Shown one piece after another: positions 8,036 to 15,416 of a stretch of 36,833 nt of DNA. The notes under the pieces are model-generated. The model worked only from the letters and a program-made list of their open reading frames with translations. It ran no database searches and was not told the DNA's origin. The first letter of the stretch is position 1. Each line of letters starts with the position of its first letter. The stretch comes from a virus (lineage: Duplodnaviria; Caudoviricetes): positions 1-36,833 of the IMG/VR virus record IMGVR_UViG_3300037467_003083, one strand, 5' to 3'. The translations under genes and the position numbers were made by a program.

Positions 8036-8268
8036 GCACCAACACCGCCAGCGCGCCTGAACGTCTCCGCCCCTACGGCGTCCGCGCTCAGTTCATCCGA
8101 ACCGCCAAGAAGATTGCGACTGGCGCAGCGAAGCTGTCCGACCTGTCTCCTTCCCAGAAGCAGGAGATGGCCGTTTGCCTTGAGCAGACGGCTGCCATGC
8201 TCGACCAGTTGAAGCCGATCGAAGGGGAGGTAATTCGCCTTCTCAAAGAGCGGGGGCTGGCCGCGTGA
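8032..8268 (+). CDS. hypothetical protein
   Basis: Coupled helical ORF with GAGG SD. Confidence 0.7.
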   Translation: MSTNTASAPERLRPYGVRAQFIRTAKKIATGAAKLSDLSPSQKQEMAVCLEQTAAMLDQLKPIEGEVIRLLKERGLAA

Positions 8269-8927
8269 TCAACGCTGACATCCTCAACGAGTTGGCCGGG
8301 CTTGGCCTAAACGGCGAGCAGCTCTCCGCTGTGATCCGCGTCGTCGCCAAGATCCAGGCTGGCGAGGATGAAAGGAAGGCTGCGCATCGTGCCGCGCAGG
8401 CTAAGTATCGGAATTCAAAGAGAAAAGGTGATATCACCAGTATATCACCAGCCGATCACCAACCTTCTCCCGATAAAGAAGGTCCCCAGACCCCTAAAGA
8501 AATTACCCTCATCCAAGAGAACCCTTCGCCCCCTAAAGGGGGCTCTGTCCCTTTGCGATCGAACCCCATCGCCAAACCGAAATCAGATTTCCCGCCGAAC
8601 GCCTTCGACGAGCTTTTCTGGCCAGCCTACCCCCGGAAGGAGGGCAAGGGCTCGGCCCGGAAGGTTTTCGATCGCATCGAGGCCAGGGGAAAAACCCGAT
8701 GGGCCGACTTAATCGAAGGGCTGCGCCGGTTTGCTCGTGACCCGCCCGAACCACGCTTCACCCCCCATGCAGCCACTTGGTTGAACGCCGAAAGATGGAC
8801 CGATGAGCCAGCAAATTCAGCCCCTGCAAACCTGTTCAGCACCAACCGAAGCGGACCTCGCGAAGATCCTCTCATCACCGCCGCTCGTCGAGAAATTGAT
8901 GGAATTCGTGGCTCCGGGTGGGGTTGA
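8265..8927 (+). CDS. replication initiation protein (O-position)
   Basis: FDELFWPAYPRKEGK and PHAATWLNAERW motifs; basic low-complexity middle containing repeats. Confidence 0.8.
   Translation: MINADILNELAGLGLNGEQLSAVIRVVAKIQAGEDERKAAHRAAQAKYRNSKRKGDITSISPADHQPSPDKEGPQTPKEITLIQENPSPPKGGSVPLRSNPIAKPKSDFPPNAFDELFWPAYPRKEGKGSARKVFDRIEARGKTRWADLIEGLRRFARDPPEPRFTPHAATWLNAERWTDEPANSAPANLFSTNRSGPREDPLITAARREIDGIRGSGWG
8427..8461. repeat. candidate replication-origin iterons
   Basis: ATCACCA at 8433, 8444 and 8455 (11-bp period); GGTGATATCACC palindrome at 8427-8438; A-rich flank. Confidence 0.55.
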
Positions 8928-9456
8928 GTTCCGGGCTGGGACGCCAATCACGGACGAGCATCGCCGCTGGCTGGAACGCCGTGCCGAGATCATCGATAGC
9001 TTCCAGAACGACCGTCGCCCGGATCGCGCTGTTGCCATCGTCTCGACGCTGCTGACCGCCTTCCCGCACCGCGAGATGAGCGAGGGCGCCGCTTTAATGA
9101 AGATCGCGGCATTCCGGATTGCTCTGGACGATGCACCGACATGGGCCGTGGAAGAGGCTGCCAAGCGCTGGACCCGTGACGAGACCCTCGGCAACGGCTT
9201 TGCCCCTACTCCGCCTCAGCTTCGCGCCGTTGTCGACCACCTGGTCAAGGTTGCCAAGGGCCGGGCCATTCACATGCGAAAGCTGGCAGCCATGACCGTT
9301 GAGCATGAGATCAGCGCAGAGCAGCGCGAGCGCATAGCCACCCTCAATTTCAAACTGACCAGAACACCAGACGCACAGGCCATCAGAGACAAAGCTCTGG
9401 CCGACGTAGGCGACAAGAAAACCCGCACCACCGCCCAAGGAGCAAACGCAGCATGA
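8803..9456 (+). CDS. P-position helicase loader-like protein
   Basis: ALDDAPTWAVEEAAKRW..FAPTPPQLR pattern; follows the initiator; exact start uncertain. Confidence 0.6.
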   Translation: MSQQIQPLQTCSAPTEADLAKILSSPPLVEKLMEFVAPGGVEFRAGTPITDEHRRWLERRAEIIDSFQNDRRPDRAVAIVSTLLTAFPHREMSEGAALMKIAAFRIALDDAPTWAVEEAAKRWTRDETLGNGFAPTPPQLRAVVDHLVKVAKGRAIHMRKLAAMTVEHEISAEQRERIATLNFKLTRTPDAQAIRDKALADVGDKKTRTTAQGANAA

Positions 9457-9983
9457 GCGTTCTTCATCTTCCGCGCCCGGATGGAATGGACAGGAACGAA
9501 TATTCGTTCGCGCTGATGGATCGGATGCCAAAAGCGCTTCGCCAATGCGTCTACGAATTCAGCTTCCCGGTGGTGATGGCTTTCGTCAATGCTGGGATCA
9601 CCAATCCAGGCACCATCAGCAATCTCATTCGTGAGGTATGGGCCGGCGCTCGTTCGTCTCGGCAGGGGAACGACAAGGCTGCGTCCTTGGATTGGATGCT
9701 CTTGCAGGCCGGCGCCGAGATAGGCGCTGCAGAGTTGTGCCGCCTGCTAGCCAACGAAAGCATGATGATCGTGCCGAAGGCCCCGACGCGCGAAATGATC
9801 ATGGCCAGCATGTCTGAGGTCAGCGGCTTCAATGTGAAGTGCACGAAATACGACAAGCACCGATTGAGGCTAACAGCAGCACTCGTCGCCGGGTCCGAAT
9901 ATTTCCAGCAGCTTCGAGATTACCGCGCCAACCTGGTTAGTCGCCCTTCAGCTGGCAACCGGAAGAAGGACCCCGCAGCATGA
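9453..9983 (+). CDS. hypothetical nin-region protein
   Basis: Coupled ORF containing an IVPKAPTREM module. Confidence 0.7.
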   Translation: MSVLHLPRPDGMDRNEYSFALMDRMPKALRQCVYEFSFPVVMAFVNAGITNPGTISNLIREVWAGARSSRQGNDKAASLDWMLLQAGAEIGAAELCRLLANESMMIVPKAPTREMIMASMSEVSGFNVKCTKYDKHRLRLTAALVAGSEYFQQLRDYRANLVSRPSAGNRKKDPAA

Positions 9984-10387
9984 CCGACTACACCGCCATG
10001 TCCATCGACCAGCTAGTCGAATACCGCGACCTCTGGCCAGCCCAGCAATCGGAATGGAACCGCGCAAACCTCATTCTGCAGAAGCGCCTCGCGGTGAAGC
10101 ACGCCTATCTCGATCTGGCTGAGGAGCTGAGGGATGATGGCCTGAGGCTCACCAGAGCAATCGCTCCTGTCGCCGCCGGCACCATCTGGGAGGAAATGTC
10201 CGACGCTGAGGTTATCGCCGGCACAGCCTATCAGCTTGTCGGCAATCTAATGACCCCTGAGCAATTCGACAGCCCAGAAGGACAGCGGGTGCTGGATTGG
10301 TTTGCCGATTATGACGATGACAAGGGAGTAATGGAGGACCTTTTGCCGGTCGCACTCCGCTGCCCCATTTCGGAGGCTGCGCAATGA
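9980..10387 (+). CDS. hypothetical nin-region protein
   Basis: Coupled ORF; N-terminus paralogous to the next gene. Confidence 0.7.
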   Translation: MTDYTAMSIDQLVEYRDLWPAQQSEWNRANLILQKRLAVKHAYLDLAEELRDDGLRLTRAIAPVAAGTIWEEMSDAEVIAGTAYQLVGNLMTPEQFDSPEGQRVLDWFADYDDDKGVMEDLLPVALRCPISEAAQ

Positions 10388-10758
10388 CCGATTACAACGC
10401 GATGAGCCTGGATGAGCTGCTTGAAGTTCTCCAAGAACAAGACGCAGACCCTGATTATGATCCGTTTTATGTGGCGCTCGAATGGGCTCGATACGAAAGC
10501 CGCCGCGCCGCCCGTGATGCCATCCTAGACATGGCTGAGCAACTCGACGCGGAAGGGCTGGTCATCGTGCCGAGGAATCCGACGCCTCGCATGCTTCATG
10601 CCGCTGATGGCTATACCGATCTCATCCAGCCGTTTGAGGTTGTGGAAGTCCCTGGAGAGAACCGGGCCAAAGAAGCAACGGAATGGCGTCACAACGAATT
10701 CAAGTGCGCATGGTGGGCGATGATCGCCGCCGCCCCCCTCGCTCCGGAGGTGGGGTGA
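10384..10758 (+). CDS. hypothetical nin-region protein
   Basis: GGAGG SD; IVPRNPTPRM..WWAMIAAAP module. Confidence 0.7.
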   Translation: MTDYNAMSLDELLEVLQEQDADPDYDPFYVALEWARYESRRAARDAILDMAEQLDAEGLVIVPRNPTPRMLHAADGYTDLIQPFEVVEVPGENRAKEATEWRHNEFKCAWWAMIAAAPLAPEVG

Positions 10759-10949
10759 TGGGACCTCAACCACCTCTGCCTCTCACCGGGATTCTAGATC
10801 CAATCATGCTTGAGGCTTTTGCCTGGGTAGGCGTTTGCTTCGTGGTTGCAGCCGGAATTATCGGCGCGGTTGTCATTCTCTCTGGTGGGTATCCCCCACG
10901 GCGCAGGTCTCCTCCTCCACCGAAAACCAGACGATCAGAGGAGCCCTAA
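10758..10949 (+). CDS. small membrane protein (63 aa)
   Basis: TGATG overlap; one TM segment AFAWVGVCFVVAAGIIGAVVILSG and a basic Pro-rich tail. Confidence 0.55.
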   Translation: MGPQPPLPLTGILDPIMLEAFAWVGVCFVVAAGIIGAVVILSGGYPPRRRSPPPPKTRRSEEP

Positions 10950-11531
10950 ATGCCCCGCCGCACCCGCAAGCGCAAAGCAGTCATCCGAGAACCAAACGGA
11001 AGAGCGTCACGCCGCAAGGAGGATATCAAAGTGCACCAGGAAATGACCGAGCGTGAGGCAAAGTCGGTGGGGCTGTCTGCCCGAATGCGCAAGACCGGAC
11101 TGCCAGAGCATCTCGTTGACGGCAAGCCCGAGACCGGAAAGCCTAACGTCGGAACCCAGCAAGGCTATCTCTGCCTCATGGGCTACATAGACGCCGATCA
11201 ATGGACCGCAGCCGAATGGTATCTGCACCGCCGCAACGAATACCTCCAGGCTGTGAAGGCGCCTGGCGCACAGTGGCAGCGCCATGACGAGCCTGTCTCA
11301 TCCGATCCAGACGCCTACGCCCGCTGGTGTGAGAACGCCAAGGCCGCATGGGCCTCGATCCGTGCCTGCCTCCAGCGTGTCAGCATCGAGGCTCGCTCGC
11401 CTGTCATGGCAGCGTTCGATCACATCCTGGATCGGCAGACGGAGAGGCTTCCGCACATGCATGGCGATCTCCGCATCGGCCTCAATGCAATTTCCCGAGA
11501 ATTTCTTGTGGGAAGACGCGCCGCCGCTTGA
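10950..11531 (+). CDS. Q-position late gene regulator (putative antiterminator)
   Basis: Last early gene before the late promoter/tRNA region; REPNGR N-terminus and GDLRIGLNAI C-terminus; function inferred from position. Confidence 0.6.
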   Translation: MPRRTRKRKAVIREPNGRASRRKEDIKVHQEMTEREAKSVGLSARMRKTGLPEHLVDGKPETGKPNVGTQQGYLCLMGYIDADQWTAAEWYLHRRNEYLQAVKAPGAQWQRHDEPVSSDPDAYARWCENAKAAWASIRACLQRVSIEARSPVMAAFDHILDRQTERLPHMHGDLRIGLNAISREFLVGRRAAA

Positions 11532-11600
11532 CGAAGCAGAGGCTATGATTCATACAGTCATCTTAATTGTAATCGGAATTGCGCCTGAAATTGCGGCGCT
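11527..11600 (+). promoter_or_regulatory. putative late promoter and leader hairpin
   Basis: CTTGACG overlapping the stop codon, AT-rich downstream region, weak -10; GCGCC-N9-GGCGC hairpin at 11581-11599. Confidence 0.4.
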
Positions 11601-11603
11601 TCG

Positions 11604-11700
11604 ATGTAGATCGGTGGACAGCACGTAAAGCGGCTTTCGAGCTTAGCTGGAAACAAGTACCGACTTAGGTCTGAAAATCCGGGTCAGTCAGACCGAACAT
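11604..11700 (+). ncRNA. putative structured RNA element 1
   Basis: Nested stems TCGGT/ACCGA, CAGC/GCTG, GGCT-TTCG-AGCT and GGTCTGA/TCAGACC, closed by ATGT/ACAT. Confidence 0.4.
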
Positions 11701-11722
11701 AATCCCAATACCCGAACAATTC

Positions 11723-11797
11723 AGCAGGTTGGCGCAGTGGTAGCGCTTCGGGCCCATAACCCGATTGTCATCAGTTCGATTCTGATACCTGCAACCA
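11723..11797 (+). tRNA. tRNA-Met(CAU), initiator-like
   Basis: Full cloverleaf with encoded CCA; anticodon CAT at 11755-11757; three G-C pairs in the anticodon stem; 1x72 mismatch; A73. Confidence 0.92.
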
Positions 11798-11932
11798 GGT
11801 TCATGCGGTGCCTCTTGCCAGAGTGGTTTAATGGTGAGGTGCATCAAGACAGGTCGGCCCGAAAGCTGATGCACAGCGATGATGGGAGGGCCTGTCGTAC
11901 GTTCAAATCGTACAGACGCACTGCATGAAACC
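11798..11932 (+). ncRNA. tRNA-like RNA (D and T arms intact, extended acceptor stem, no normal anticodon arm, no CCA)
   Basis: 16-bp stem 11800-11815/11914-11929; D arm CCA-GAGTGGTTTAA-TGG; T arm GTACG-TTCAAAT-CGTAC. Confidence 0.7.
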
Positions 11933-11941
11933 TAATGGAGA

Positions 11942-12027
11942 GGCGCGAAGGCTAGTCCGCTCCGGTATCTAAAGTGACCGGAAGCTAAACACCTGCAGCC
12001 AGATGGTCCTTAGACCGGAACAGCGCC
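11942..12027 (+). ncRNA. putative structured RNA element 3
   Basis: GGCGC/GCGCC closing stem with GGCT/AGCC, TCCGGT/ACCGGA and GGTC-CTTA-GACC inside. Confidence 0.35.
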
Positions 12028-12091
12028 GCACGATGCCCTCGATACTATCGAGCCTATACCTTCAACGCCGTGAGGCTAAGGCCTCTGGCAC

Positions 12092-12116
12092 CCCCGCTGG
12101 TTCGCCACGGGGTTTT
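12092..12116 (+). terminator. intrinsic terminator before the late genes
   Basis: CCCCG(C)TGG-TTCG-CCACGGGG-TTTT. Confidence 0.7.
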
Positions 12117-12132
12117 CGCATTTGGAGAGAGC

Positions 12133-12339
12133 ATGGCAAAGATCGTGCGCCCGGTGTTCGGCAAGCCATGCAAGGACTGCGGTGAGCAGATCCCGATGGC
12201 CCGCATTCGAGCCCTCGAAGCCATGAGCGTCCTACGCGTATTTCGCTGCACGTCATGTGCGTCACTGTCCGAAGCTCGGCACCGAAATGCAATGGCTGGC
12301 GCTCGTGACGATGATGTCGTGGTTATTCGGAGGCGATAA
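12133..12339 (+). CDS. TraR/DksA-type C4 zinc-finger protein
   Basis: CKDCGEQIPMARIRAL...RCTSC; GGAG SD. Confidence 0.8.
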   Translation: MAKIVRPVFGKPCKDCGEQIPMARIRALEAMSVLRVFRCTSCASLSEARHRNAMAGARDDDVVVIRRR

Positions 12340-12545
12340 TGCCTACCCTCCCCGAAAAGCTCTCCATCGCCAAAGCCTCTATCCAGGCAAGCACCAAGGG
12401 CGATGAACCCCTCGCTCATCTTCTCCGCAATGTCGCAGACGGAATGTTCGGCCCAGAGCTTAAGGGCATCAGCATCGAGCATTGGGCTCTCATAGAGCGA
12501 ACCACAAATGAACCGCCAAAAACCAACCCCGATCCGCAAGCGTGA
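12339..12545 (+). CDS. hypothetical protein
   Basis: GGAGG SD; TAATG overlap. Confidence 0.6.
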   Translation: MPTLPEKLSIAKASIQASTKGDEPLAHLLRNVADGMFGPELKGISIEHWALIERTTNEPPKTNPDPQA

Positions 12546-12702
12546 GGTCAAGGGCCTCGGATGGAAGCGTGAGCTTCACACCGGCTTCGTTGTCCCTCGC
12601 CTGAATGAACCGCAGATTGACACCCATGCTGTCGGTTTTGTCGACTTCCGCGAATATGAGTGGGACGGCGGGGCATATGGCAAGAGAGGCCGCAATGGCT
12701 GA
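12508..12702 (+). CDS. hypothetical protein
   Basis: Fills the operon; protein-like GFV..AVGF content. Confidence 0.55.
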   Translation: MNRQKPTPIRKREVKGLGWKRELHTGFVVPRLNEPQIDTHAVGFVDFREYEWDGGAYGKRGRNG

Positions 12703-12925
12703 GCACGAAGACGCCGAATCCTATTGCCGCGGCTTTCGTCTTCGAACCGGTCAACCTCTGATTATGCACATGGGAGAAGCCTGCTTCTTCGCTCGCAATG
12801 GGGTGAACATTCCCGGCCTCGTGAAAGACGGAGATGTCCATGTCGTCTCTCTCAAGGTCGGTGAGGAAACGGATATGAGGCCGGTTGAGAAGGCCTATGG
12901 AAAGCGTCGGGTGCTCAATGGCTGA
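12695..12925 (+). CDS. hypothetical protein (76 aa)
   Basis: GAGG SD; start MAEHEDAES; 8-nt overlap with the previous gene. Confidence 0.55.
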   Translation: MAEHEDAESYCRGFRLRTGQPLIMHMGEACFFARNGVNIPGLVKDGDVHVVSLKVGEETDMRPVEKAYGKRRVLNG

Positions 12926-13097
12926 CGTTATCGACCTCGGCATCATCAGAACTGCCCTCAGCCCTTCCCTTGCCTCAGCCCTCTTCGATGAACTGGCCGG
13001 CGCCTCCGATCTCCTCGACAAGGGCCATGATCCCATCCTGGTGGCGAAGCTGCTGATTACGGCGCTGGAGGAGTTGGTGAAGGTCAGCACTGAATAG
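12918..13097 (+). CDS. hypothetical protein (59 aa)
   Basis: Start MADVIDLG; helical; 8-nt overlap with the previous gene. Confidence 0.55.
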   Translation: MADVIDLGIIRTALSPSLASALFDELAGASDLLDKGHDPILVAKLLITALEELVKVSTE

Positions 13098-13139
13098 GCC
13101 TTTGATTGTTTTTCAAAGGAAATCATAGGAAATCAAACG

Positions 13140-13445
13140 ATGGCCAAAGGCGGCGTTCGGCCCGGCGCGGGGCGCAGGCCTGGCATCAAGAACAGAAAGA
13201 CGGTGGAGAGCATGGAGGCCGTCAAGGCATCCGGCCTGACACCTCTCGACTACATGCTGTCGATCCTTCGCGATGAGAATGCTGCGCCAGACGCCAGGTT
13301 CTCGGCCGCCACTGCGGCGGCTCCATACTGCCATCCTCGTCTTGCTGCGATCGAACATAGCGGGGAACTGGCAGTCACCCATGAGGCGGCCCTGAATGAG
13401 CTTGACGGAGAGGGAGAAGAAGATCCGCCTTCGTCTGAGGAATGA
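13140..13445 (+). CDS. terS: terminase small subunit
   Basis: GGVRPGAGRRPG..NRKT, TPLDYML and AAPYCHPRL motifs; immediately upstream of terL. Confidence 0.8.
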   Translation: MAKGGVRPGAGRRPGIKNRKTVESMEAVKASGLTPLDYMLSILRDENAAPDARFSAATAAAPYCHPRLAAIEHSGELAVTHEAALNELDGEGEEDPPSSEE

Positions 13446-14946
13446 CTTCGCGCACTACGCGCCGAAGTGCCTTCGGATCAGGACCAAGATTGGGGCGATC
13501 GAGCCGCTCCAGCTCAACCAGGCCCAGCGCTATCTTCATAACAAGCTTGAAGAGCAGCGTGCCAGGACAGGCAAGGTAAGGGCTCTCGTTCTCAAAGGTC
13601 GCCAACAAGGAATATCGACCTATATAGGAGGCCGCTTCTATTGGCGGGTGACGCATTCCAAGGGCATCCGGGTCTTTATTCTGACCCATGAGCAGGACGC
13701 TACGGACAACCTGTTCGGGATGGTCGATCGTTACCACAGCCATTGCCCGGCGCTGGTGAGGCCGAAGACGGGCGCTGCGAACGCAAAGGAGTTGAACTTT
13801 CCGCTGCTTGAGAGCGGCTACGCGGTCGGCACAGCAGGAACCAAAGCTGTCGGCCGGTCGCAGACCGTTCAGATGTTCCACGGCTCTGAAGTTGCGTTCT
13901 GGCCCAATGCAGCAAGCCATTTCAGCGGCGTGGTCCAGGCCATCCCTGATCTTCCTGGAACGGAGATCATCCTGGAGAGCACAGCGAACGGCGTCGGCGG
14001 CGAGTATCACGAGCGCTGGCAACAGGCAGAGGCAGGTATAGGCGACTACATCGCTATCTTCATCCCCTGGTATTGGGACAGTGGCTATCGCCGGCCAGCG
14101 CCAGCAGGCTTCGCGCTCGATGAGGAAGAGCAGGAATATGCCGCCGCCTACAGCCTTGAGCCTGAACAGATGGCTTGGCGGCGTGCCAAGATCGCGGAAC
14201 TGAAAGATCCCTTGCTCTTCAAGCAGGAATATCCGGCCACTGCTGCCGAGGCATTCCAGATGACAGGGCATGACAGTTTCATCAAGCCTGAGGCGGTTGT
14301 CGCGGCGCGTAAGGCAGACCTGGAGGGTATTGGCCCACTTATCATTGGTGTAGATCCCTCCCGGTTCGGAGACGATCGGTTCTCGATTGCGTGGCGCAAG
14401 GGCCGCAAGATCCTCAAGATCGAGAGTAAATCCAAGCTCGACAACGTGGCTGGAGCGAATTGGGTTCGGTCGATCATTGATGCGGATAGGCCAGCCAAGG
14501 CTTTCATCGATGTTGGTGGCCAAGGCGCAGGCGTGGTCGATATCCTCAAGAGTTGGGGGCCGCCCTACACCAAGACAGTCACGCCGATCGATTTCTCAGG
14601 TGCGCCGCTGATCGATGTTGAGATCATGCCGGATGGGGAGAAGAGGCCGGGCCCTAAGAATCGCCGGGCGGAAATGTGGAAGTCATCGCGGGAATGGCTG
14701 GCTGAGCCTGGCGGCGCTGACATTCCGGATAAAGACAGTTTGCAGGCAGACGCTTGCTCGCCGGGCTATTCGTACGACGTCAACCAGCGCCTTCTCATCG
14801 AAAGCAAGGAGAAGATGCGCGCTCGCGGCATCCGCTCTCCTGATGAATGGGATGCAATCGCTTTGACCTTCGCTGAACCGGTGCGCCCTGACAGACCGGC
14901 TGCCGCCAAGAAGCCATACAGCAACCCGTTGGATGACTATCTGTGA
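13396..14946 (+). CDS. terL: terminase large subunit
   Basis: LKGRQQGIST Walker A, FHGSEVAF Walker B, ESTANG coupling motif, GVDPSRFGDD and SPDEWDA nuclease motifs. Confidence 0.95.
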   Translation: MSLTEREKKIRLRLRNDFAHYAPKCLRIRTKIGAIEPLQLNQAQRYLHNKLEEQRARTGKVRALVLKGRQQGISTYIGGRFYWRVTHSKGIRVFILTHEQDATDNLFGMVDRYHSHCPALVRPKTGAANAKELNFPLLESGYAVGTAGTKAVGRSQTVQMFHGSEVAFWPNAASHFSGVVQAIPDLPGTEIILESTANGVGGEYHERWQQAEAGIGDYIAIFIPWYWDSGYRRPAPAGFALDEEEQEYAAAYSLEPEQMAWRRAKIAELKDPLLFKQEYPATAAEAFQMTGHDSFIKPEAVVAARKADLEGIGPLIIGVDPSRFGDDRFSIAWRKGRKILKIESKSKLDNVAGANWVRSIIDADRPAKAFIDVGGQGAGVVDILKSWGPPYTKTVTPIDFSGAPLIDVEIMPDGEKRPGPKNRRAEMWKSSREWLAEPGGADIPDKDSLQADACSPGYSYDVNQRLLIESKEKMRARGIRSPDEWDAIALTFAEPVRPDRPAAAKKPYSNPLDDYL

Positions 14947-15413
14947 TCTCCATCCGCCCTGCCACCGTCCGCGACATGACATTCGTCGCTTCCAATATGC
15001 GGGGCCAAGACAGGCGAGAGATCACCGCCGTTATCGAAGAGAGCGATACGGTCATCGGCTACATGCTCTTCGCATCCTCGCCGGGATTGGCCTGGTGTGG
15101 ATGGCTAGATGACCAGCCGGTCGCGGCGTTCGGGATATCGCGGCTCTATGCCGGGCTCGGCGGTGGCTGGGCATACATGACGCCACGCGGTGTCAGGCTG
15201 GTACCGGCGATCACGCGCTTTGCCCTGCGCCAGGTCAAGAGACAGCTTCTCGCAGAAGGCTTCCGTCGCATCGAGGCCAGAACGGCCGTCGATCACGACA
15301 TCAGCCACAGATGGCTCGAAAGGCTAGGATTCGCAAAGGAAGGCATTGCGGTAGACTACGGGTGTGACGGACTGGACTTCGTCACCTATGCCGCAACCAA
15401 ACCCAAGGATTGA
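14943..15413 (+). CDS. GNAT-fold virion morphogenesis protein (T7 gp13-like)
   Basis: SIRPAT, MRGQDRREI, SHRWLERLGFAKEG. Confidence 0.75.
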   Translation: MISIRPATVRDMTFVASNMRGQDRREITAVIEESDTVIGYMLFASSPGLAWCGWLDDQPVAAFGISRLYAGLGGGWAYMTPRGVRLVPAITRFALRQVKRQLLAEGFRRIEARTAVDHDISHRWLERLGFAKEGIAVDYGCDGLDFVTYAATKPKD

Positions 15414-15416
15414 GCC

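Noticed and set aside
8432-8451. TATCACC resemblance to lambda operator half-sites
   Set aside because: The phage's own operators are GAAAG-N5-CTTTC; location in the initiator gene fits iterons better
11604-11890. Hammerhead ribozyme suggested by GAAAC, GAAA and CTGATG words
   Set aside because: No CUGANGA core in the right order with three flanking stems
11798-11932. Theta (HDV-like) ribozyme after the tRNA 3' end
   Set aside because: The position fits, but I could not build the nested P1/P2/P3/P1.1 topology; the 5' end instead pairs with the far 3' end in a tRNA-like fold
11798-11932. tmRNA or YrlA-type Y RNA
   Set aside because: No tag reading frame, Ala acceptor or CCA; arm order is D then T (not permuted) and no Ro60 gene is present
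11937-12030. Third tRNA (Ser-like GGAGAGG start, CTA in a loop suggesting an amber suppressor)
   Set aside because: No T arm, no acceptor complement and a 10-nt loop; not a cloverleaf
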